Of a DNA stretch of 64,000 nucleotides, positions 14,001 to 25,241 are shown piece after piece. Position 1 is the stretch's first letter. Each line of letters begins with the position of its first letter. The position numbers and the translations under genes were made by a program. The DNA comes from Phoronis australis (taxonomy: Eukaryota > Animalia > Phoronida). Where the stretch lies: contig NMRA01000329.1 in the NCBI GenBank assembly GCA_002633005.1, positions 417,894 through 481,893 on the forward strand, given 5' to 3'. The notes beneath the pieces were generated by a model. The model worked only from the letters and a program-made list of their open reading frames with translations, had not been told where the DNA came from and made no database searches.

Positions 14001-17000
14001 AGCAAGGCATTAGTCACACAATTTTCTGAAATAGGATTGTAATATAACAACAAAGTTTGATAACAATGCTACACAATTTTGTGAAAAGTCTGTCATAGGT
14101 TACAGATACGTCGCAGAGCATGAGTTTGATGAATCCTGGCTTCCGATTTCACCCGTTTTGGAGACTGGATTTCAACCGCCTTAGGTTACAATAAGCGCTT
14201 CCTCCCGAAACGAATTTTTGTAAGCGCCCTCGGTACTCATTAGGGCAAATACGGTATGCTTGTATTTATGCCCATCTGCCTATTTATGGAATAAAGTGAT
14301 TTTTGAAAAATAATTTTGCTCAGGTGCTTTGTGTTCATAAACTCATGTACATGTCTTGAACTGGGTGTTTTTATTGTGTCAGTGGTCCATTCTTAGTTAT
14401 TTTAAAATAGTTAATATCAAAAGTTAAATTTCATCCAAATCTACCATTTTGTGAAAAATAAGTCACATGTTATTTTGAAATTTTGCTCCTTGGTTTTAAT
14501 CAAGTGTTCCACCTTTAGAGACTTGAAGTGGCTGTAGGTGTAGCCTCACATAGAGCTGCATGCATCTATGTGTGTATACTGCAGATATTAATGGGACGTG
14601 AATTCTGTTTCAAGACCAAACTGCGTATTTCAAGATTGAGGTCATTGCTTGAAATGTTTGTGTGGAATTTCTTTTTATGGTATTGATTTGTTGCAATATT
14701 CAAAACAATCTTGTGAATGTGTTTTTGGAATGGGACAACTTGTACAGGGAAAAATGTGCCAGTTTGCTAATATGTTGATTGATTGACAGTGTTGCCTATT
14801 TCCTTTGAATTGTAGGACAAACTTGCACAGAATCAATGGGAAATTTTCAGACTTGTCAAACCCTCCCATGTTGCCAACTATTCAATTTTTTTTTTGTTTC
14901 AGCTAACCAAACATTATAGCAAACCAGGAGTGACAGCTGTAGACGTCCTGTCTGTCTTTCCTGACTTTGATGTGAGTTCTAGCTGTGTACACTATTACAC
15001 TAGTAGGCTTGGAGTCCATAGTGAGATTCAGTCCTAGACGCCAACTCACAAGTCCTACTCAATTGGAGTTTGTAGAACTCATTAGTGGAGCTGATGTCAC
15101 AGTCAAATATGTTACAATGTGATCTACCACATGGAATGAATACTTTGGAGTAGTTTGGGCTTAAGTCTAAGTTTGGGAATGTAGACTATAGTCTTGGAGT
15201 AGTCTGGGCTTAAGTCTAAGTTTGGGAATGTAGACTAATAGTCTGCTTCCATGTCTTTATGATAGGATCTACAGAATAGGATGCTTAACAAATAAATGAA
15301 ACTCGCACTTTTCCTTTGCTTTCACCTATAATAAGTAAGCTTCATCCATCAAGACTGAAGTAGGAAATTTACTAAGAAAAATTAGTGCACCCCTGTTAGT
15401 ATTTGCATTTGTATCTGTCAATGTTTCAATGTTTTATCATTCAATTTTGCCAACCGTTTGAAGTGACACCTCCAGAAATTCAAAAAATAAATTTAATTGA
15501 CATTTTCCACTCCCAACTCACTCCGTCCTGTGTTTACTGCAGATGTGGAAACACCCGTGTGCTCAGGTGATATTCGACTCCGACCCTGCGGAGGAAGGAA
15601 AGCCCCTGTCACAACAGCAAGGGCAGATGTCACAGGCAATGATCAGGTATAAAACATGTTATCACACTAGAAAAAGTACAGCTCTGGTGGCAACGTCTTG
15701 TCTTTTGTTGACTCTGCTTTTCCAAGAAGCAGGTTTCAGAATATTGCCAAAGAATGGTCTTAAAGTATGATGGCAGAATTGAAAATGAACAAAATCAGAT
15801 CATGTGAATATTTTTAACTTTATTCTCCTTCAATTTCTTGCAAAGTGGCTGTACTTAAAATGAATAGAAATAGTTGCATTTTTATTGGAAGTTTGGTGAA
15901 CTTAAAATTCAAAACAGTGTCATTTTTCATATGATTTTGCCACTACCCGCGTAAGCGATTAAAGTATAACCTATGACTTTGGTCATTTAAATGTCACTTC
16001 AGCAAAAGGGAGAATATCAGTTACACATCCTGTTTGCAGAGGTATGGTGGATGAGAGTGGGGACCAGTTTGTAGCTTACTTCCTGCCATCAGAGGAAACC
16101 ATGGGGAAGAGGAAGAGGGACGCAGAGGAAGGCGTCCCATACAGTGCGGACGACACGTACGTTCACGCGGGTTGTATTGGTGAAGTTGCATAGTTGGTCA
16201 CTGATAGTTTACTTAATTTACTTTTTGTTGATAATCCTAGTACTATTTGTGTAATTATGGTTTCCATGAAATAAAATTGTTGTTTACTTACCTACCTGCC
16301 CATCTCAGAGTAGTGAGGGTACGGTGAGGGGAAACAACAAAGTTAAGGACGACCTTACTGTGTTTGTTAACAATTTGTTCTAAACAATTCACGTCTATGT
16401 CTCAGGTATGAATACTCACTAGCCAGGGAGTATAACTGGAACGTCAAGAACAAGGCGTCGAAGGGTTATGAAGAAAATTACTTCATGGTGTTCAAAGAGA
16501 ATGGAGTCTTCTATAATGAGCTGGAGACCAGGTAATGGTAGAGTCCTGGAGACTAGGTAATGGTTGTCAGTGTGGTCTAAGAATAACAAGACAAGCTGTG
16601 GCGAGGATTATGCCAAATGGTCCTTTTGGTGTCGTTCATGGCAGCTGTATATTTTTCAACTGTTATAATACTATACATATACATATGTTGATAGCAGTAG
16701 TGACAGCAGTATTAGTAGTAATAGTCTAGTAGATACATACACAAAACAGCGAGAGTGTTGTAGATGAAGTAATATCCCACAAGACATTCAGCGTATCGAC
16801 CGAGACCGAAGAAATAATGTCGAGTGGGATATTACTTCAGCTACTCCAATTGAGGTGCATTTTGTATTTATGCCATACGCTTCAAATTCCTGAGTTTCTT
16901 TCATTTTTTATGCAGATTTTTTAAATACTTCACTCAGACTGTTCACGTGGCGGATCACATCCTATATGTATGTACTGATGCGTTAGGTTGCAAGTTTTCT

Positions 17001-19003
17001 CTTGTAAAAGTAAGAGTTTTAAATGTAACAATTTATTACTTGAAAAGAGATACCAAAGATGAAAACAACAGTAACTGAGCACTGAACTTGTAACATTTCC
17101 TGAAAATAGTTAAATAACAACAATATTTGATATTTTAGTTAAGAGAATTTGGCGCCTGAGTTGCAGACGATATAATATTTAGTAATTGAAAACTGAGACA
17201 GAGGTGTCATATAATTAACAGTTTTGTTCCAGATGTTACATTTGGGACCTGATTGCATGATGAGTGTTATTTACACTGCTGCAATTGTACTACTTTTTAA
17301 ACTATTTTCGGAAAGTTTGATGATCAAACCGGCTAATGACGTCTAGTCGACATTGACCTACCTTTTGAACTTTCCATGTCAGAGGTCACTGTTGAAGTAG
17401 TGCGGAAGGTGAATACGGAAAACAATATAACATGGCTGTATTTCCCTTGACTGATTCAATGCGTATGGCTTAAATGTTATTGACTGAAAAGAGGAGTATT
17501 TGGCATTATTAATAAATGACAAACGCAAGTAAGCTTTATATAAGGATGCTTGAAAGTAAGACCTCAGGTTTAGTGAAAAAATTAATTTTGTTACTTTATT
17601 TTAGGATGGGTTTTACCGTTTAGTGGCCATAAAACGGCTCATACGGGCAGCACTTTGATTTATTTGCTGCAAGGTTGTTTGCCTGTGGAGACAGAAAAAC
17701 GATAATTTTGACGATACATCGTTGTTTCTCTGAAGTAACTCAAGCGCTGTTGTAACGTGTGTGTGTGTGGAGGTGGTGGATGGTAAGACGTGGCTAGGCC
17801 ACTAATGAAACGTGTGTTCTCTGCAGGGTGCGACTAAGCAAGAGGAGAAAGGTAGTGGGAGCCTCTTCAATGGCCAACACAAAACTGGTGGTCAAGCATA
17901 GAGAGTTGAATGAGCAAGAGTTGGCGGCACAAGATTTACGTATGACGATGCTGGAGCCCCCTGTTGAGGAGGAGGAGGAATTAGAACAGCCCAACTTCTC
18001 GGGTTTGTTAACGATACATTTTTTTGGGTTTCATGGTCACATCGTGGTTACAGATGGGGAAACGCTGAGCAAACAGTTTGTCTTGGTTCAAGTTTTTGTG
18101 AAAACTTTTACTTTTAGTGTTCTTTTGCTAATTAAAAATACCAAATAAAAAGTAACTGATATTTAAGCAATCTGGAAATAATTGTCTTAAAGAAAATGTT
18201 TGAAAACAATTAGTATCTACCCTGGGAAATTTCTGGTGGTAGAAATGTGGATAAGCTGTTACAAAATTGTAGATTTAAAAAAAATATGAACAGTCCACAT
18301 GGAAGTGCATGATTCCATCAAAACAGTGCAAAACTGTTACGAATATCGTTCAAATGAATTGTGCTTTGTTTTTAAGTGGGTGTATTTAGTCCGAAGCTTT
18401 CAAGCTTTAACTAACATCTTTCAGACATTTATAAGCTTTAAGCTTGTTTAGGCTAGTCACTACCACACCCAGTAAGTTAGTCAAAATTAAAACAAAACTT
18501 ATGCCAAAAACTTAAGATCTCTTTCTTGAAACAAATTTAAGTTTTGGCTGATATTTAAGATTTTTCTTAGCTAGGTCAGTTTTCTTGGAGCAGGTCCCTG
18601 GATCTGTGGCTGTTATTTCAGCAAATGGGTATCTGTTTGCTGATTGGTTTTAAAAGTGCACTAATTTAAATAAGTGACTGGCAGATAACCTTGACCTCAC
18701 AGTGACATGGTAGGCACGAGGCCACTATTTTGAACAGCTCTTGCACACACTGTTTCAGATGTTGGCAGTGGTGCAGAAAGCGGTGGAGAGCAAGAGAACA
18801 CAGAGGGGAGGGAACGTAGTAAGAGCCCCAAGTCAGGAAGTGAGAGCGAGAGTGAAGCCAGCGGAAAGGCAGGCAGTGGCAGTGAGAAGGGTAGTGACCG
18901 GGAGAGCGGAAGTGAGAGTGAGGCTGAGAGTGGAGATGAGGATGAGAAGAAGAGAGATGAACAGGAGATCTTTGGTAGTGAGAGTAGCTCTGACAGTGAT
19001 TAG
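8017..19003 (+). CDS. PAF1: RNA polymerase II-associated factor 1, whole gene (12 exons, 463 aa)
   Basis: Exons 8017-8084, 9470-9562, 10000-10121, 10633-10696, 11473-11574, 12966-13071, 14903-14971, 15543-15646, 16040-16156, 16406-16531, 17827-18002 and 18759-19003 join in frame (1392 nt). Hallmarks: [78 protein letters not shown] and an acidic Ser-rich tail ending [14 protein letters not shown]. Confidence 0.97.
8417..8658 (+). repeat. Dispersed ~240-bp repeat, copy in PAF1 intron 1
   Basis: Direct-orientation diverged copy of 7251-7491. Confidence 0.75.
9470..9562 (+). CDS. PAF1: PAF1 exon 2
   Basis: [30 protein letters not shown]. Confidence 0.95.
10000..10121 (+). CDS. PAF1: PAF1 exon 3
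   Basis: [40 protein letters not shown]. Confidence 0.95.
10633..10696 (+). CDS. PAF1: PAF1 exon 4
   Basis: [20 protein letters not shown]; phases fit both neighbours. Confidence 0.9.
11473..11574 (+). CDS. PAF1: PAF1 exon 5
   Basis: [33 protein letters not shown]. Confidence 0.95.
12966..13071 (+). CDS. PAF1: PAF1 exon 6
   Basis: [35 protein letters not shown]. Confidence 0.95.
13228..14254. mobile_element. Non-autonomous Tc1/mariner (pogo-like) DNA transposon in PAF1 intron 6
   Basis: TIR CCGTATTCGCCCTAAT / ATTAGGGCAAATACGG; subterminal TAAGCGCCC repeats; flanked by CA and TA (TA TSD with one change); no transposase ORF. Confidence 0.75.
14903..14971 (+). CDS. PAF1: PAF1 exon 7
   Basis: [23 protein letters not shown]; donor GTGAGT. 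Confidence 0.93.
15145..15243. repeat. 49-bp tandem duplication in PAF1 intron 7
   Basis: TTGGAGTAGT(T/C)TGGGCTTAAGTCTAAGTTTGGGAATGTAGACTA x2. Confidence 0.85.
15543..15646 (+). CDS. PAF1: PAF1 exon 8
   Basis: [34 protein letters not shown]. Confidence 0.95.
16040..16156 (+). CDS. PAF1: PAF1 exon 9
   Basis: [38 protein letters not shown]. Confidence 0.95.
16406..16531 (+). CDS. PAF1: PAF1 exon 10
   Basis: [41 protein letters not shown]. Confidence 0.96.
16760..17475. mobile_element. Non-autonomous element with a long end hairpin and asymmetric inverted repeats (Crypton- or Helentron-like layout)
   Basis: 29-bp arms at 16760-16788 and 16816-16844 (26/29 complementary); ATTTATGCCATACGC at about 16866 pairs with GCGTATGGCTTAAAT at 17461-17475. 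Confidence 0.5.
17827..18002 (+). CDS. PAF1: PAF1 exon 11
   Basis: [47 protein letters not shown]; the phase-1 donor GTTTGT was chosen to fit exon 12. Confidence 0.88.
18759..19003 (+). CDS. PAF1: PAF1 exon 12 (terminal, Ser/Glu/Gly-rich tail)
   Basis: Acceptor TTTCAG; ..[18 protein letters not shown] then TAG (human DKEEIFGSD). Confidence 0.88.
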
Positions 19004-19423
19004 ACTGGGACACACTTTGGCATCAAGAGTAGTGCACACTCGACGTGGTTCTGACTGTGACAAGGCAGGGATACATAATACAATGACTGTGTCAGAACTG
19101 AGACACACAGTGAGTGACAGCAGTCCAGGGACTGACTTTGGATTTTTTGATTCCATTTCAGTACTTCCAGATATATTGTTTACTTGTTGGCTACAGGCGA
19201 CCGGATATACTAAATGTCTTCACATGCGAAGCCTGTCATCCTATCCCAAGCAAACTGTCATGATTAAAGTGGAATTTAGAGAAAGTGAAAGGACAAATCT
19301 CAATGCCGAGTTTTCAGACTGCCTATTTTAAAACTCTGACATAACTTTCTCAGTGGTTCCTGACTTTACTGATACAATAACTGTTTTTTTAAAATGAATG
19401 TGCCCGATGCAAAATATCATTCG

Positions 19424-19429
19424 AATAAA
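19424..19429 (+). promoter_or_regulatory. Candidate PAF1 polyadenylation signal
   Basis: AATAAA about 420 nt after the stop codon; not confirmed. Confidence 0.35.
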
Positions 19430-19548
19430 ACTTGTGTAAGTGGAATCTAACTTGACAGATTTGATACGAGTATGGCAAAATCCAACTTATCTGAAGAGCT
19501 GAGTGCATGAACTAGAACTACTGTGCCATGGAGCTTTCTGAGCCAGAA

Positions 19549-19606
19549 TCTGACTTATGCATGTCTGACTTATGCATATCTGGCTTATGCATGTCCGACT
19601 TATATG
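19549..19606. repeat. 15-bp minisatellite
   Basis: TCTGACTTATGCATG, about 4 copies. Confidence 0.8.
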
Positions 19607-21479
19607 AGCTTTACTGAAGTAATAAGTTGTTATGATAATTGTCTAAAAGTCATACATGTTGTACACAGAGTTTTTCAATCATTATCTGTGAGACGAAAGC
19701 TTTGAACACTAGCGCCATCTTTTAAGACAAACGCATTGATGAACAATTCATTCACATCAGAGTGAACATTCTCTGTAGTGTATCAACACTTGGGTGCACA
19801 CGAGTGTAATGGGGTTTGTTAGTTGGCATTTGGCATAATGAAGATGTAATTCCTAGCAAAGTCAACAGGTTGTACTCTCAGTCACATAATACTCATACAC
19901 AGCCTGAGGTTAGAGTAGCTATAGTTTTGGAATATTTTGATGGAAAATGTTTTAAGTGTTGCTTTTACATCCGTCAAAAGAAATAATTTAGTCTTTTACC
20001 GAGCCAAATAATTGTTCTATGGTCAGAACTTGGTTCCTTGGCTGCGCTTTTGACTTGTTCAACCATGTCAAAATAAAAAATCTTGGTTTTTGAAGCAAAG
20101 CCTTTACAAACCTGCATTCTGTCAAAAAGTAACTTTCGATTCGGAGCATTTGTCATGACAAGATTGGTCAGCCGTCTTGAAATTTCCATTATTCATATTA
20201 CATAAGAGGTGAATTATGGTATTGGGAGAATGTCAGTTTATTATTGCTGGAGATCGGGGGAAAAAGAGGTTTGCTGGACCAAGTGAGTGATTGTATATGG
20301 CAAGTATGACCTCAAGCAATAACAGATTGTCAGTTTGTAATGGCATGTGGTGTAATCCAAATTTGATCTTTTTAGCAGGAGAGTTCAAACAGCTTTTAAA
20401 TGGTGTGTATTTTGTAAATATAAGTGAACTGTAAATATTTCCAACATCATCTTGCCTTGATAGTGAATAATGAAGAACGAGCATTTTTTCAAAATAGTAC
20501 AATATATTTTCGATGATTGTCGACTGACACAATTAGCATAGCAGTAAAAAAGTTTCTTTAATAATATGATTTATTGAGACATATACACATGGCTATAGGC
20601 TCCAAGTATAAAAGACCTTTTGAACAACACAAGTTGGTAAATGTAAACAATATTGTTAAATACGAACCCTGTTATTTCCAGTAAGTTTGATCCATCATCA
20701 CTGTTGGTTAATAGGTCATTACACTCAACCATAACTTTACACATGTGAAACTAGTAAAAAAACAACTAAGTACACCAAATTAATATTCAATAATTTACGA
20801 CCGATACCAACTATAAACAAAACTTATGTAGTGCTAACTTAACAATTATGTAACTACAAGACAATCACCAGTTATTTTCTGTCAACACAGCTGAGTGCCA
20901 CCATGACAGCAGAGTGCGTGTGAAATTGACCGTATGCCATTACAGAAAACGACGGGTAAAACTTCCTATTGTTCGATTCTAATCAATCATAAATCTTGTA
21001 AGATCTTACAAAGATACAGCGTGCTGACAGTGCAGACGACTGATACAATTAATTAGGTTACCTACTATAGTATGTTATAACCGCAGTCAAAACTTGCAAG
21101 TCTCGCAACTTCCTGCATTTCCACGACTGCTGTAATTGCTTTATTCAAGTGACGAATGTAGTGCGTAGTTGTACACAGGCGTTGGTCTTATACTGGACAA
21201 TGTCCGCGGAGCACCAATGTACTCAGTACATAATGGACCATTGTGGTATATCGGCAGTTTGTCATTTCCCATTATTTTAGACGGTATTTACCGGAGAAAT
21301 GTGAAGGCGGAACCAACCGTTCTAGTGGTATCCTGTGCGTTTTCTTGTACTGTGTTAGTAAATGAATGTCATATAAATAAACACAAACAATCATCAAAGG
21401 GCACCTTCACTAAACAAGAGCAACACGGAGATACTAGATGGTGCAATATAGGTTGAATCCATGCGAAATGGGAACATAT

Positions 21480-21780
21480 ATGGTTTCTTTAATTGAAAGC
21501 TACCAAATTTTATAAACATCCATCTAGGAACTTCAGAAAAACAGGAAACCCAAAAAAATGAAATTGCCACTAAGGGGCACAGCATTCGTCGGATTAGTCT
21601 GAAAGTCGTCTTTCGTTGTCAACTTCACATAAATACACTTGCTAAATTTAATAAAGATCTTGTAGTAGGTTTAGGAGATTCAGCTATGGATGCAAAAAAG
21701 GAGCAAAACTGCCACTAGGAAGCATCACAACAGTCGAAGTCGTCCGAAAATCATCGTTAACCGTCCTCGCACTAAGGACA
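21480..21780 (-). repeat. Dispersed repeat with CTCF-like motifs, inverted relative to 41880-42200
   Basis: Its reverse complement GACAAC..CGACTTTCAG..TAGTGGCAAT(T/A)TCATTTTTT..TTTCCT..AAGTTCCT aligns with 42008-42110. Confidence 0.65.
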
Positions 21781-21984
21781 TATATGCCAAGTTTCACTAT
21801 CATCCATAGACTGGTTTGGTTGATAGAGGGTCAGACCCCAAAAAAACACTTGAGAACAGTAAACATGGTAACTGGATGGCGCAACATGCGTCAAATCCAT
21901 CCGAAAATAAAAATATTGTTTCCTTAATCAGAAAGCTAATAGAATCCATCAAGGCACTTCAGAGAAACAAAAGGAAAACGGAAA

Positions 21985-23175
21985 AAGAAGAAATTGAATT
22001 ATTCCAAGTTTAAGCCAGGGCGTGGCTTGCTTAAACTTGGAATTGGGTACAAAAAACTACGAAATGCATTCAGGGTGTTTCAAAAGTAATAGAAAATGCA
22101 TTTACAATGTATTGCAACCAGTGAAAGAATGTTTGGTTAACTACTTGATTTTTTGTAAGGCAGAAACTGAATTATTTCAAGTTTAAGCAAGCCACGCCCT
22201 TGCTTAAACTTGGAATTGGGTAGAAAAATCTGCGAATGCGCTCAGAAGTGTCCCAAAATTAATAGAAAATGCATTTAAAATGTCTTGCAATCAGTTACCG
22301 AATGTTTGGTTCACCATGTGATTTTTTGTAAAGCAGAAATTGAATTATTCCAAGTTAAAGCAAGGGCGTATCTTACTTAAACTTGGAATTTACGGAGTTG
22401 AAAAAATGCGAATGCGCTCAGAAGTATTCTAAAGGCCCTAGAAAAAAGCTTTTAAAATGTATTGCAACCAGTCAGGGAATGTTTGGTTCACCACGCGAGT
22501 TTTCGTGAAGCAGAAATTGACTTATTCCAAGTTTAAGCGAGCCACGCCCTTGCTTAAAATTGGAATTGGGGAGAAAACAACTGCGAATGCATTCATAGGT
22601 GTTTCGAAAGTAATAGAACATGCATTTACATTGTATTGCAATCATTATGAGAAGATTTGGTTCACATCGCAATTTTTTTAGAGAAGAAGTTGAATTATTC
22701 CAAGTTTAAGCAACCAGTGTGGCTTGCTTACACTTGGAATTAGGTAGAAAAAACTGCGAATGCGCCCAGAAGTGCTCTCTCTAAAAGTAAAAAGCATTTA
22801 AAATGTATTGCAACCAGTAAGAGAATGTTTGGTTCACCACGTGAGTTTTTGTAAAGCAGAAATTTAAATATTCCAAGTGTAAGCGAGCCACGTCCTTGCT
22901 TAAACTTGTAGTTGGGTAGAAAAAACTGCGAACATGCACAGAAGTGTTCCAAAATTAATAGAAAAATGCATTTAAAATGTCTTGCAACCAGTTACTGAAT
23001 GTTTGGTTTACCACGTGATCTTTTGTAAAGCAGAAATTGAATTATTCGAAGGGCGTATCTTGCTTAAACTTGGAATTTACGGGGTAGAAAAAACTCGGCC
23101 ATAAGTCTTCCGAAATTAATAGAAAATGCACATAAAATGTATTGCAACCAGTTAGTGAATGTTTAATTCACCTCT
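21985..23175. repeat. ~173-bp satellite, 7 monomers, each with an internal palindrome
   Basis: Palindrome left arms start at 22001, 22174, 22347, 22524, 22697, 22870 and 23044. Confidence 0.92.
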
Positions 23176-25052
23176 TGATCAAACATCAACTAGGCATTAA
23201 TTTTAAACATCAAGCTATATTTTTATATTGGAATAGGCACCAACACAGAAATAATGACTCAAATGGCCACCGTAGCCGTAGGGCTATGACTTTGAATGCC
23301 CGGTGCATTACTGAGGGTACATGTAATAACAATACAGTCCTTAAATGATTTTTTATTCCAGTCCCTTGATACTAACCAGTATTCATGAACAGGCCACAGG
23401 AGCTTTATCTCGATTTTTTAGAACTCTTTTCTCTCCGTGGCCTACTGGTTCAGTACGATTTCAGCCCAAGCGCATTGTTCTGTGATTGTGTGCCAGGTGA
23501 GGCAGCCGCTTAATTCCAAGTTCACACAAGATTCCAAGTTCACGTACAGGGTTTGACAGTTTGCTTAATCTCAAGATCACTTGCGTAATCTTGGAATTCC
23601 AAGTTAACGCAACACTCACTTCCGTTTATTCTTGAGATAAAGCAGGATTCCAAGTACACGTACAACAAAGCCATTTTACGGGGCCATATAGGTGGCGCTG
23701 TGACAGGATAAAACTGTTCTTAAAACTAAGTGGGGCAAAGTGATCAGAGAGCTAGTGTGATGGCACTTATGAAGATTGCATCTTAAATGAGACTGGTTAC
23801 ACATTTACAAATTTGCCAGCAATTCACCCACTGGCACAGTTATACTCGTTTGCTCATCTCATTACTGCTTTGCAAGAGCAGGGACCATATATGCAGCAGG
23901 CATGTTATTTCTGTTCAACCAAGACAGCACTTCAACTCAAGGCCTGTTATATATGCTCCATACACAACATTCTTTTTTGGTTGGTCCGTGCCTCTGAGTT
24001 TTCCCAATTATCTACTTTAGCAGGAGCATAAGCAGACAACTGAGGTAATAAGTTCAAAACACTCTTCTCCATTCAGTTTTCACACTTGACATATCTACTG
24101 GAAAGTATTTGGAGCTTGGTGTATGTTCAAATCTGGTTAGCAGCTAATTAACAACACACCACTTTGTTTATCTCGTCACCTTTGGAACCATGACAAAAGC
24201 TAACGCTTTTTTGAGTGACGACTTTTGTGTAACTACAGGCATGTCATTGGGACCTTGCAAAACATAAGGATTCATTACGTCGTTTTCCCGCTGGTACCAA
24301 CTTGTTCGATTCTATAGCCCAACACCAAGTTGGGAAATTTACCCCTGTAGCCAATATCTTACAAGACTTGATTAACTCCATTCTGGCATTTATGGTTGGA
24401 GGGCCAGCTCTCTTATCTTCGATAATTGCTCTACTCTCCAATAAGATTGTATCTACCCTGACTGGGCTGTGCTGTTAAAAATAAAAGTTAAGTTATAACA
24501 TATTTGAACATAATCCAATAGCATTTCTAAAATCTTCGTCAAATGGCAATCATGTTTAGTTTTTGAATCGCCAAAATCTCCCAACTGCAACCGAAGTTAG
24601 ACAATCTATTTTTTTCCGAATACACCAATTCATTCTGAGTTTGTCTGTGTTCACACGTTGTCTGTAATAAGCCTAGTAGATAATTGGCCTGCTTGTTGTC
24701 GTAAAAGACAAAAGAGCGTGCTTGGCAGTTAACAAAGAAGCTAGATGTTATCACACGCTCAGAACCCCCTGCGTCTGGTAAAGTCACTGGACGGGAAAAC
24801 GCTGTCATGTCTATGGCCTGACGACTTATGCAGTAATGACGTGACCGAGGTAGTGGGAAGCACTTTTTTATTTAAAATGAGATTCTCTTAAATACACTGG
24901 GTAATTAAATAAAAAATTAATGGTGTTTCATTTTAGGAAACAAATTAGTAATGTACAACTGGCATTAACATTATAAGAAATATTGTCTACTGGTACGAAA
25001 AAATCCACTATTTGGACAATGCCATTCGAATGAGTACACTACACAGCAGGTA

Positions 25053-25241
25053 TTAACATCGCCTGTCATTTCTGTACTTCAACTTGAGGTCTTCTTTGTG
25101 TTCCCGGAACAGTTCACGATTTCTTTCTTGTTCCGCGTCTTTGGTCTTGTGGAATGATCCTGTTGTCTTGAAGCCTTGGTGCACCAGGTATGCATTGTTA
25201 AGTACCGAGAAGTTGTAGCCTGCCACGTGCATTTCACATAC
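25053..25241 (-). CDS. B4GAT1: B4GAT1 coding exon 2 (terminal)
   Basis: Acceptor TTGTAG; VCEMHVAGYNF..DRRC then TAA; this frame is missed by the ORF track. Confidence 0.93.
   Translation of the reverse strand, partial: VCEMHVAGYNFSVLNNAYLVHQGFKTTGSFHKTKDAEQERNRELFREHKEDLKLKYRNDRRC

Noticed and set aside
18666-19331. ORFs of 196, 115 and 107 aa
   Set aside because: Alternative-frame and antisense shadows of the low-complexity PAF1 last exon.
21985-23175. CRISPR-like look (palindromic repeats at regular spacing)
   Set aside because: The sequence between palindromes is itself repeated rather than unique, the context is eukaryotic, and there are no cas genes.
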